Source: Synechocystis sp. PCC 6803 substr. PCC-P (GTDB taxonomy: Bacteria; Cyanobacteriota; Cyanobacteriia; Cyanobacteriales; Microcystaceae). From it: a DNA stretch of 32,000 bases. Positions 1 through 8,926 of the stretch are shown one piece after another. The stretch lies in assembly GCF_000284455.1 (NCBI RefSeq), contig NC_017039.1:2940001-2972000 (forward strand). The letters are read 5' to 3'. Made by a program: the position numbers and the translations under genes. The notes below the pieces were generated by a model. The model worked only from the letters and a program-made list of their open reading frames with translations, had not been told where the DNA came from and ran no database searches. Each line of letters starts with the position of its first letter. The stretch's first letter is position 1.

Positions 1-669
1 GAGAATACCCGCTAAAATTGCCTGGGTGGCAAAATATCCTTCAAAGGTATCCCGAATTAAATTTTGCAAATCTCTCTGCCAAGGATGGGGAAACCAGCTA
101 AAAATGCCATCCCAAATTTTTTCTCCCCCCAGCACCAGGAAAATGGTCAGCACTAACAGGATCAAGCCATTAATACTGGTGCTAATGGTGACCCCCACTA
201 GCCCCAACAGTTGATTGCCAAAGGAATTGAGAATGCGGCTTAACTTTTCAATTGCCTGACTGATCAGGGGTTGGAGGTCCACCTGGAGATTGGCGTAATG
301 CTCATTGACCCAAGCTTGTAGCATCAGCAGTTGGGCGTTGCCGGAACGGAACCAGCCGGGTAAGTTATCCAGCAGTTGTCCCAATTGGTCGATCGCCAGG
401 GGAATGACGATTAACAGAAAAAGACTGATGACGACCAGGGCAATGAGTAGAACGCTAGCCACCGCCCAGGGTCGTTTGAGACCTTTTTCCACCAAAATTC
501 GGACGGGAATATCTAATAAAAAAGCTAGTAGGGCGGCCGCCACCAACAAACTACTGAGGGGTTGCAAAAAACCCATGGCTTTGTAGATTAACCAACCGTT
601 GAGGAAAAAGAGAGGAAAGAGCAGACTCAGCCGGAGCCAAGGGGGGGATTGTTTCAGTTCTTCCAACAT
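1..669 (-). CDS. AI-2E family transporter (PerM/UPF0118-like permease), 3' end outside window
   Basis: The frame runs off the window edge, so it is absent from the ORF track. The start ATG is the complement of 667-669. The translation reads MLEELKQSPPWLRLSLLFPLFFLNGWLIYKAMGFLQPLSSLLVAAALLAFLLDIPVRILVEKGLKRPWAVASVLLIALVVISLFLLIVIPLAIDQLGQLLDNLPGW...GGEKIWDGIFSWFPHPWQRDLQNLIRDTFEGYFATQAILAGIL. It is uninterrupted for 223 codons and has multiple hydrophobic spans typical of AI-2E permeases. The + strand ORFs 26-214 and 305-586 are antisense artefacts. Confidence 0.75.
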   Translation of the reverse strand, partial: MLEELKQSPPWLRLSLLFPLFFLNGWLIYKAMGFLQPLSSLLVAAALLAFLLDIPVRILVEKGLKRPWAVASVLLIALVVISLFLLIVIPLAIDQLGQLLDNLPGWFRSGNAQLLMLQAWVNEHYANLQVDLQPLISQAIEKLSRILNSFGNQLLGLVGVTISTSINGLILLVLTIFLVLGGEKIWDGIFSWFPHPWQRDLQNLIRDTFEGYFATQAILAGIL

Positions 670-827
670 GGCGGGCGCAGACAGACTATCAACTACGGGG
701 GCAATGTTCACCTTAACCTAGCCAGGGGCATTTGGCGATCGCCGATCGGGGGGTTCAGTTTATTACTGCCAGTTTTCCTAGAAAGATTAAGTAATCCGCC
801 CATTGGGGAAATTTGGCTGAATTGAAG

Positions 828-1562
828 CTAATTTTCTGCCAAAAACCGCTGATAGCTCTCACTTAATTCCTTCACTGCCACTTCATAAAACCGTTGGCCA
901 TGTTCTGGGGTAGCCAGGGCCGGATTGGAGCCCATGCGGCCATCAGAATAATGGGCCCGGAAATCTTGGGCACTATAAATACTATGGCCTGAGGCAACTT
1001 CCGAATTTAACGGCGCAGTTTTAATCGCTTCGGGGTAAACAAATTGGGTTACAGCCACTTCACTGGGGGTGGCGTGGGAACCTTCTTGGTCACTGTAGAG
1101 TTCCTTGGCTAATTGATATACTCCCCTGGCCATGAACCAATTACCCACCTGACAACGGACATCTTGGCCATGGCTGCCCAAATGGTGATAGGTTTCGGAA
1201 AAAGCGGCTTTGAGGGTGGCAATATTTCCCCCATGGCCATTGATGAAGTAAAAACGGCTAAAACCGGCGTTGGCTAAACTACTGACGTAATCCATAACAA
1301 CCTGGATCAGGGTACTGGGACGCAAACTAATACTGCCGGGAAAGGCCAAATGATGCAAAGCCATGCCGACGTTAATGGTTGGCCCCACCATTGCTCCAGT
1401 TGCTTCCCCCACTCCTTTGGCGATCGCCTCCGCACAAATGGCATCGGTACCGATCAGACCAGTGGGGCCGTGCTGTTCCGTAGAACCAATGGGAAAAATA
1501 ATGCCGCTGGAAGACTGTAGATAATTTTCGACTTCGGGCCAGGTGGAGAGGTGCAATTGCAT
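828..1562 (-). CDS. creatininase (creatinine amidohydrolase) family protein
   Basis: 244-aa ORF. Motifs IFPIGSTEQHGP, GTDAICAEAIA and YFINGHGGN are characteristic of the creatininase/FAPy deformylase fold. Confidence 0.85.
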   Translation of the reverse strand: MQLHLSTWPEVENYLQSSSGIIFPIGSTEQHGPTGLIGTDAICAEAIAKGVGEATGAMVGPTINVGMALHHLAFPGSISLRPSTLIQVVMDYVSSLANAGFSRFYFINGHGGNIATLKAAFSETYHHLGSHGQDVRCQVGNWFMARGVYQLAKELYSDQEGSHATPSEVAVTQFVYPEAIKTAPLNSEVASGHSIYSAQDFRAHYSDGRMGSNPALATPEHGQRFYEVAVKELSESYQRFLAEN

Positions 1563-1597
1563 GGTGGGCTTGGGCTAAATGGGCTAACTAGTTCCAT

Positions 1598-2029
1598 CTA
1601 CCTTAAAACAGGTTCAGAGAAAATAGTTTTACCATTCTTGGTTACCCGTAACTGTTGCCGGTCCACCCAATAGGTATAGGCTCCATTGGTGGCGTAGTAG
1701 GTGCCGCTGTCGGTGATTAGCACATCCATCACATTAATCTGGTCGCCATTGTTTTTATTAACGCCCCGGTAGAAAATTTGTCCGTCGTAGGTTTGGCAAA
1801 TATAGGCTAGATAAGTTTTGGTTTCATAGGCTTCCACCACTTCCGCCCTGGGACAACCTCGAATAATTTCCGCTAGTAACAATTGGGATGGTAATGTTTG
1901 TAACCCAGTTAGCGGAGAGGCGATCGCCGTTGCACTACCAGCTTTTAATGGGATGGGGGCCAGCAAAGTCGTTGCTACTGTCAAAGCCCCAAGCCATCGA
2001 CAACAGTGCCCAAGGTTTGCCCAGACCAT
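1598..2029 (-). CDS. hypothetical secreted protein
   Basis: 143-aa ORF with an N-terminal hydrophobic signal-like segment (LGALTVATTLLAPIPLKAGSATA). It is tightly packed between flanking same-strand genes. I recognise no domain. Confidence 0.55.
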   Translation of the reverse strand: MVWANLGHCCRWLGALTVATTLLAPIPLKAGSATAIASPLTGLQTLPSQLLLAEIIRGCPRAEVVEAYETKTYLAYICQTYDGQIFYRGVNKNNGDQINVMDVLITDSGTYYATNGAYTYWVDRQQLRVTKNGKTIFSEPVLR

Positions 2030-2099
2030 AACTATTTCCTCAACTGCACAACAACTGAGTCCAGGCTATCAAAAAAAACCTTGCCAATCCGGTTCACAC

Positions 2100-2729
2100 C
2101 TAGTTTCCCAAGGCAATGACCAAATGGCGATCGCCGTCTAAACTGACCTTTCCCTGGGTTTGGAATTCCCCCAGCAGACGGGTGACTGTTACCCTGGTGG
2201 TGCCAATGGCATTGGCTAACATTTGATGGGTGAGCCGCACCGATAAACGCATGCCCCCGGTCCCTGGTTGCCCCAATTCCTGTCCTAGTAAGTTCAGTAG
2301 GCCTTGGAGTCTTTCGTCCACCCGTTTATAACCGGCGATCGCCAGTAGAGCTTCCCTCTGCCTCACCTGCTGTAGGGTCTGGTCAAGCACCAAGCGACAT
2401 AAATTAGCGTTGTTGGTAATCATTTCCAGGGAATAACCCCGCAGATATACATCCGTCAAAGCTCGAATTTGGTAGGTTTCCCGTTGATGGGCACTAAAAT
2501 CTAAGCCCACAAAACTACCGGGTTGGGCCCAACCCATCAGCACCTCATCGCCTCCCAAGGTCCATTGACTGACCTGTAAAATCCCCCGGTAAATTTGCCA
2601 ACACCCCTGGTCTTTGGGCGGAACAACGTCACCCCTTTCATAGAATTGGAGGGGCTGGGAGTCTAAGCCTACTAAGGCACTTAAACCATCGGCGATCGGG
2701 GAACTGTTCACAAACATAAAATCAGGCAA
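2100..2729 (-). CDS. Crp/Fnr family transcriptional regulator
   Basis: 209-aa ORF. It has an N-terminal beta-roll-like effector domain and a C-terminal HTH ([31 protein letters not shown]) typical of Crp/Fnr proteins. Confidence 0.85.
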
Positions 2730-2897
2730 CCCTCAAAAATCAATCCAGGCGATCGGGCTTAGTTCCCATTGGTCAAGCATCTTGTTTGCATTACCCAAGC
2801 ATGACTCCCATTGGGCCAGATCTCCCCCAAAGTCAGCATAACCCTTCCCCGCAATTCCCAGGTAAAGGCAAAGTTAACAACTAAAAATGTCCACTTC

Positions 2898-3965
2898 CTA
2901 AGACTGGGCCGCACAAACCGCCGCGCCAATTAGGCCAACTTTGGCGTTGAGTACCACCTGTACGGGAATTGTCCCCATTAAGCTTTGCATCCTGCCTTTG
3001 TCGCTAAAGCCTTGCATAAAACTGCCCTTTTCCAGTAAAGGGATAATTTTGGGGGCAATACCACCGGCAACGTACAAACCACCTCTGGGTAGTAGCTTCA
3101 AAGCAAGATTTCCTGCCTCTGCTCCATAGGCCCCGAGAAAAAGTTCCATGGCTTGGTCAGCCAATACATCTGTGCCTTCCAGGGCGGCTTGGGATACGGC
3201 GGCGGCCAGATCGACGGTTTTGGTTTCTTGGTCCTTTTCTCGATTCCAGGTTTGGTAGAGTTTGCTGAATTGGGCTGATTCCCGTTCTGGGTATTGGTGC
3301 CGCAAAAATTCGTAAATCATGGCGATGCCCATGCCGGATACCACCCGTTCAATGGAAATCCGCCCTAGGGAATACTTCTTTTTGAGATACTCCAATAACT
3401 GCCATTCCAAAGGCGATCGGGGGGCAAAGTCACCGTGGGCTCCTTCGGAGGCAAAAACTCGATATCTTCCTTGGCCCTGGGGAATTACGTAGCATTGTCC
3501 CAAGCCGGTGCCTGCTCCCAATATGGCGATCGCCCCTGACGGATCCACGGGAGCGGCCTGGAGTACGGTTAAATCCTCTGACCCTAGCCCTAAAATGCCG
3601 TAACCCACAGCGGCAAAATCATTGATGAGGTCAACCTGGGCAATGGCCAATTCCTGGGCCAGGCGATCGCCGCTGAGATGCCAATCTAAATTAGTGAGGC
3701 GACAGGTGTTATCGATCACAGGGCCGGCAATGGCGAAACAGGCCTTAGCAACGGAGATTGGGTTACCCAACACAAAGGCTGCTTCTTGACGGAATTGTTG
3801 CACCATGGGCACCAGATCGGGAAAAGCTGGACTGCTGTAGGTCTGTTCAAACAGAGTCACCGGCCGGGCCAACCCTGGGCTACTCTCGTTTATCGTCACC
3901 AGGGCCAGAATCGTTTTAGTGCCGCCGATATCCCCTGCCAAAAAATTTACGCCCATGGCCCCCAT
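2898..3965 (-). CDS. glk: glucokinase
   Basis: 355-aa ORF with an N-terminal ATP-binding motif LAGDIGGTKT. It also has GAGTGLG and the overall bacterial Glk (ROK-unrelated glucokinase family) layout. Confidence 0.9.
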   Translation of the reverse strand: MGAMGVNFLAGDIGGTKTILALVTINESSPGLARPVTLFEQTYSSPAFPDLVPMVQQFRQEAAFVLGNPISVAKACFAIAGPVIDNTCRLTNLDWHLSGDRLAQELAIAQVDLINDFAAVGYGILGLGSEDLTVLQAAPVDPSGAIAILGAGTGLGQCYVIPQGQGRYRVFASEGAHGDFAPRSPLEWQLLEYLKKKYSLGRISIERVVSGMGIAMIYEFLRHQYPERESAQFSKLYQTWNREKDQETKTVDLAAAVSQAALEGTDVLADQAMELFLGAYGAEAGNLALKLLPRGGLYVAGGIAPKIIPLLEKGSFMQGFSDKGRMQSLMGTIPVQVVLNAKVGLIGAAVCAAQS

Positions 3966-4171
3966 GGCCCCAAAGCCATTGAAAAACTACACAAAATCCT
4001 GTCTTTTAGCAGTTTAGGTCACCGAGGAAAGGGTCACCAAGCAAAAAGCTAAAATTCTCCCGTTTCAGCAAGTTTTAGCAACTTTAGGAGAGCAGTTCCT
4101 CCACCTGGGCCAGAGGAAATTAACCGTTAAATGGGTTACGATCAAAGCTGTTTTCCCTTTAGGTTTCGTCC

Positions 4172-5914
4172 ATGGCCGCCCCCAGCGTCAAGCAGTTACT
4201 TCGTTATTTAACTCCCCATTGGCGGGCGATCGGAGCTGGAACCTTTGCGCTATTTTTGGCCAATGCCCTGGGGGTTTACATTCCCATTTTGATGCGGGAT
4301 AGTATTGACGATTTAATGCCCCCCTTTGAGGCATCGGACGTAGCTCGCATTGTGGTGCTAATTGTTGTTCTCGCTTCCCTAATGTGGTTTATCCGCATGG
4401 CCTCCCGCATTCTAATTTTTGGGGTGGGAAGACAGGTGGAATACGAGCTCAAACAGAAAATTTTTGACCATCTGCTCAAGTTAGAGCCCCTCTATTTCAC
4501 CGAAAATACCATTGGGGATTTGATTAACCGGGCCACCAGCGATGTGGATAATATTCGTCGCTTGGTGGGTTTTGCGGTGTTGAGTTTGATCAACACTGTT
4601 TTTGCCTATGCCCTGACTATCCCGGCCATGTTTGCCCTCCACATTCCCCTCACCTTGTTGGCGGTTTCTGTTTATCCGCTGATGCTGATGAGTGTCAATC
4701 TTTTCAGCGGTAAGTTGCGAGATTATCAATTGGAGGTGCAGGAAGAGTTGTCTGCCCTGAGCGAACTGGTGCAAGAGGATATGAGCGGCATTAGTTTAAT
4801 CAAAATTTATTCCCAGGAAGATAACGAACGACAGGCTTTTCAGACGAGAAACCAAAAATTGCTCCAGGCAAACCTGAAGCTGGCCCGCATTAGAAATTTT
4901 CTTTTTCCCCTCATTGAGGGTCTGGCTTACCTCAGTTTGCTCATTTTGCTGGCCTTTGGCACTGGCTTAATTCAAGATGGCAGTATCACCATTGGGGACT
5001 TCATTGCCCTGATCATTTTGGTGGAACGGTTGGTATTTCCCACTGCCCTACTTGGTTTTACCATCACCGCCTACCAACGGGGAGAAGTGAGCATTCAACG
5101 GGTGGAAGCTATTTTCCATACCACTCCGAAAATTTTAACGGTGCCCCAACCTCTGCCCTTTAGTCCGGCTCAGGCCACCGGAAAAATCACCGCCCGCGGC
5201 CTGAACTATTGCTACCCTGGTAGCGACCTGCCAGCGTTGGAGCAAGTGGACTTTACTGTTTATCCTGGAGAAATGGTGGCCATTGTGGGGCCTATCGGTT
5301 CCGGTAAATCTACGTTGGTTAATGTTTTACCCCGTTTGTTGGATATTGCCCCTGGTCAGGTGTTCATTGATGACTACGACATCACCCAAATTGCCCTCAG
5401 CGATTTACGCTCGGCGATCGCCTTTGTGCCCCAGGAAAGTTTTTTGTTCAGCACCACCATTGCCGAAAACATTGCTTACAGTGATCCTAGTCAAACTGAC
5501 ACGGCGATCGAGCAGGCGGCCCACCAGGCCCATTTAGACCAGGAAATTGCTAACTTTCCCCAACATTACCAAACCCTAGTGGGGGAAAGAGGCATCACCC
5601 TGTCCGGTGGCCAAAGACAGCGGGCTGCCCTAGCCAGAGCTTTAATTCTTGATGCTCCCCTGTTGGTGCTAGACGATGCCCTTTCCAGCGTGGATAACCA
5701 GACCGCCACCCGCATTTTGCATTACCTGGCCCGCCGCAATAACACGGTACTCTTTGTTTCCCATCAACTTTCCGCCGCTGCCCAAGCGGACCGCATTTTT
5801 GTCATGGACCATGGCCGCATTGTCCAAACGGGCAGCCATGAAGAACTACTGCAACAGTCAGGACTTTATCAATCCCTGTGGCAACAAAATGAGTTAGAAA
5901 AGGTTTTAAGTTGA
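4172..5914 (+). CDS. ABC exporter, fused permease/ATP-binding protein (MsbA/MdlB-like)
   Basis: 580-aa ORF with an N-terminal six-helix TMD. It has Walker A GPIGSGKST, ABC signature LSGGQRQR and Walker B LLVLDDALS. Confidence 0.9.
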   Translation: MAAPSVKQLLRYLTPHWRAIGAGTFALFLANALGVYIPILMRDSIDDLMPPFEASDVARIVVLIVVLASLMWFIRMASRILIFGVGRQVEYELKQKIFDHLLKLEPLYFTENTIGDLINRATSDVDNIRRLVGFAVLSLINTVFAYALTIPAMFALHIPLTLLAVSVYPLMLMSVNLFSGKLRDYQLEVQEELSALSELVQEDMSGISLIKIYSQEDNERQAFQTRNQKLLQANLKLARIRNFLFPLIEGLAYLSLLILLAFGTGLIQDGSITIGDFIALIILVERLVFPTALLGFTITAYQRGEVSIQRVEAIFHTTPKILTVPQPLPFSPAQATGKITARGLNYCYPGSDLPALEQVDFTVYPGEMVAIVGPIGSGKSTLVNVLPRLLDIAPGQVFIDDYDITQIALSDLRSAIAFVPQESFLFSTTIAENIAYSDPSQTDTAIEQAAHQAHLDQEIANFPQHYQTLVGERGITLSGGQRQRAALARALILDAPLLVLDDALSSVDNQTATRILHYLARRNNTVLFVSHQLSAAAQADRIFVMDHGRIVQTGSHEELLQQSGLYQSLWQQNELEKVLS

Positions 5915-6390
5915 GTTGGATCTAAAAATGGGTTGCGCATACCCCGCAGCTTGCTGCGATTGGGTCTTTCACTGAATAAAGCTATTTTTAAGGTAATTAT
6001 AATTAGATAGAGTTCTAGTCATCTTTCCACATAAATAGTACCATCTTTATCGGTTGTAATTCTTCTCTTTATTCATATCCATTGATAGAGCTGTAATTTT
6101 TTCCCTGGCTCTATTGTAGAAGCACTATTGTACTATCCAATCAGGAAGTTTGCGTTATCTCCGTTCCTTTAAGGATTGGAATCGGCTCTCATTCTAATGA
6201 TCCTGGCGATCGCCACTAGAGCCAATCATATTATTTCAACAACAAATTATTATGGTATTTAATAACTAATATAGGTGATTGATCTAGGGATGGCGTTTTG
6301 TATCCAATTACACAGTTTATTATTTTTTACAAAGATTCATGGCTCAACTTAGGCCCTCTGGACCTTTGCTAATAGATTTTCATACTCCTC

Positions 6391-7647
6391 ATGTCTGAAC
6401 CGAAACCAAGCCAGCCTAATTTTTCCCATTTGGAGGAAGCGGACTACACCGGGAGAATGCGACAGCACGATCGCCTCTTTGGATTGCTGGCCATTGCCGC
6501 CGGGTTAATTTTCCTGCAAGGGTACATGATTGCGCCCTTGATTCCCCGTTTAGCAGAAATTTTTGACGTATCTGCTCAGGAAATTGGCTTCATTGTGCCC
6601 GCCTACATGTTGGCCTATGCCCTAGCGGCGCTTTTTTATGGCATTTTGTCGGACCGTTTTGGCCGTTGGCCCGTCATCCAAATTTCAATCATAGTATTTA
6701 TTACCTGTACCGCTTTAACTGCTACTGCTCAAACTGCAGCTCAGATGACCTTTTGGCGATTACTGACAGGACTTGGGGCCAGCGGCGTGATTCCCCTCAC
6801 CTTTGCCCTCATTGGCGACATGTTTCCCTACAACCAACGGGGGGCAAAATTAGGGCTGGTGTTTGCGGCGATGGAGGGGGGCATGGCTGCCGGTTCCGCC
6901 GGGGGGGCAATTTTAGAACCCTTTCTTGGTTGGCAATTGTTGTTTATTGGCACTGCCACTGCGCCCGTGATTGTGCTCTGGCGACTGCGACGCTACGGGG
7001 CTTTGTTCGATGCCCCCAAAGCAACCAAGATCCCTGCCCTGGCAACGGTGTTTGCTGGCTATTGGGCCGTACTGTCTAATTTTCGTGGCATGCGCACCTA
7101 TGGCTACGTGCTTTGCAATGGTATTTACCACTCTGGAGTGTACACTTGGCTTGGCCTTTACCTGTCCCAACGCTACGAAATGGATACCCTTAGCATTGGC
7201 CTCAATATTCTAGGTTATGGTGTCCCAGGACTGATTTTTAGCCCATTAATCGGTAAAGCAGTGGATCGTTGGGGACGACGCTGGTTAATTCCTCCCGGTT
7301 TGGCTATGGCGGCGATCGCCGGTTTGACTATGGTTCCTTTTATTCCCCCCCTCGCCGTTACCATGGCAATTCTGGTCATGTCCCTGGGCTACGACCTGAC
7401 TCAACCTTTGTTTGTGGGCATTGTGACCGATTTGGCGGAAGAAGATACTTTGGGGCAAACCATGGGGCTAAAGGTGTTTACTTTATTCACCGGCTTTGGG
7501 ATTGGCAGTTGGTTGTTTGGGGAAGTGCTCCATTGGGGTTTTGAAGTGGCACTGGTGGCTTTTGGCGTCATGCAATTGCTGTCGGCGATCGCCGCCATTC
7601 CCCTCTTTTGGAATGAAAAACCCAGCCCCATCAATGTCAGTGCCTGA
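6391..7647 (+). CDS. MFS transporter
   Basis: 418-aa ORF with about 12 predicted hydrophobic spans. It has the MFS loop motif GILSDRFGRWPV between TM2 and TM3 and a second DRWGRR motif in the C-terminal half. Confidence 0.85.
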   Translation: MSEPKPSQPNFSHLEEADYTGRMRQHDRLFGLLAIAAGLIFLQGYMIAPLIPRLAEIFDVSAQEIGFIVPAYMLAYALAALFYGILSDRFGRWPVIQISIIVFITCTALTATAQTAAQMTFWRLLTGLGASGVIPLTFALIGDMFPYNQRGAKLGLVFAAMEGGMAAGSAGGAILEPFLGWQLLFIGTATAPVIVLWRLRRYGALFDAPKATKIPALATVFAGYWAVLSNFRGMRTYGYVLCNGIYHSGVYTWLGLYLSQRYEMDTLSIGLNILGYGVPGLIFSPLIGKAVDRWGRRWLIPPGLAMAAIAGLTMVPFIPPLAVTMAILVMSLGYDLTQPLFVGIVTDLAEEDTLGQTMGLKVFTLFTGFGIGSWLFGEVLHWGFEVALVAFGVMQLLSAIAAIPLFWNEKPSPINVSA

Positions 7648-7934
7648 TCCAGGCGATCGTCATTTGCCCGTTTTTGCCTCCAATGTCACGATTTGTGAAC
7701 TTATTCCCGTACTTTGTGCCAGCATTGCTCAATTTTGTTAAAGTCGATACAGATTTTATTCGTTTTATTTCTTTCTGATTTGCTCGGGAATGAAAATTTT
7801 GGGGAAATTGCCAGGGATTTTGTCACTTTTATGGCGACACCGTCTGGCCGCAGTGTAATTAAGTACAATTCCGTCCCTCACAAGTCCTGAGTCGAGAAAG
7901 CATAAAACCTTTTGAGCAATATGGAGGACCGCTG

Positions 7935-8171
7935 ATGAATACCACATCTCCCATTGACTGGGATGAAATGTTTGAGTATTTGCCGGGGACAATAGTAGAA
8001 CTCAAATCCGAACCGGGGGTTTTATATCAAATTGACTGTTACGAAACCAGTATGGTGCCCCCCATTTGGTTAGTGGGAAATCCCCGGCCACGCTATCCTC
8101 ATCAAATGCGGATTGTGTCACGCCAGCAGGTTAAAGCTTGTGAATTGGAGCTTGAACCATCCCTTGCCTAG
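7935..8171 (+). CDS. small hypothetical protein (78 aa)
   Basis: The ATG is preceded at about 8 nt by a strong GGAGGA Shine-Dalgarno (atGGAGGAccgctgATG). No domain is recognised. The overlapping - strand ORF 7765-7992 lacks comparable signals. Confidence 0.5.
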   Translation: MNTTSPIDWDEMFEYLPGTIVELKSEPGVLYQIDCYETSMVPPIWLVGNPRPRYPHQMRIVSRQQVKACELELEPSLA

Positions 8172-8442
8172 GGTTAATACACTTTTTTATTGTCTCCCAG
8201 AAAGACGGAGCATTCGGCTGCGTATTCCCCTGAATTGTTTTGGGGAAGGGAGACTTTCCGATCTTGCTAATTCTGTCTGATCCGTTGAAAAAAGAAAGTT
8301 GGGATAGGTAGGCTTGGGTAAGTAAATTAAGAATAGTTTTGCTTCTTCACACAGAGTTAAAACCTTGACCTATTTTTCCTTGCAACATAGAAGCTTTCTT
8401 GATTTTATTAAGGACTATAAAAAAGATATTCGTATTATCTAC

Positions 8443-8477
8443 TAGAGATTATTAATAGAGATTATTAATAGAGATTT
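8443..8477. repeat. 13-bp tandem repeat, about 2.7 copies (TAGAGATTATTAA x2 + TAGAGATTT)
   Basis: Read directly: tagagattattaa|tagagattattaa|tagagatttt. It lies inside an ORF-free AT-rich spacer. Confidence 0.9.
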
Positions 8478-8926
8478 TGGAACCATAACTTAAAATAAGA
8501 GAAGGTGTGTTTAGTGATTTTATTCTTATTCTCTATCCCAATAAAAAATTGAATACACTAGGGTTTCAAAATTCACTAAGTTCAAATAAAATTATTCACT
8601 ATTTTAAAGCATTTATTTGACCTGAGAGTCTGTTTGAAAAGCTTCCCTGCCCTCCAAATTTAGGGGGAGAACTGATTGAAAGTCCCCCAGTATTGCCGGA
8701 GCTTTAGTGAGGAGATTTAGGGGGCGGAATAAAACTTTGCAAACACGTTCTTAAAAACAGTGATATTTATTTTAATTCCACAGTAATTTGGCGTAGTCGA
8801 AGATAAAAAATATTGGCAAAGTGTCAAGTTAAGATAGGCTTGACAATCAAGATAATTATCAAAGGTTTAGTTGCCGACATTCATCTGTTACTAGGAGCTA
8901 GCAAAAAATGCAGGTAATTCAAGGCC

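Noticed and set aside
6339-6398. 19-codon upstream ORF (MAQLRPSGPLLIDFHTPHV) whose stop overlaps the MFS start codon (ATGTCTGA)
   Set aside because: It has no Shine-Dalgarno sequence and no recognisable leader-peptide logic, and I cannot assess conservation. It is too weak to call.
7765-7992. 75-aa - strand ORF overlapping the start of the small + strand ORF
   Set aside because: It has no RBS, and its translation has no features. It conflicts with the + strand ORF, which has a strong GGAGGA RBS.
8172-8926. Fluoride (crcB-motif) riboswitch ahead of the ClC gene; CRISPR-like reading of the 13-bp repeats
   Set aside because: No GGCGATG...CCTAC-type pseudoknot core of the fluoride riboswitch is visible. 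The 13-bp units are directly tandem with no spacers and number only about 2.7 copies, so this is not a CRISPR array.
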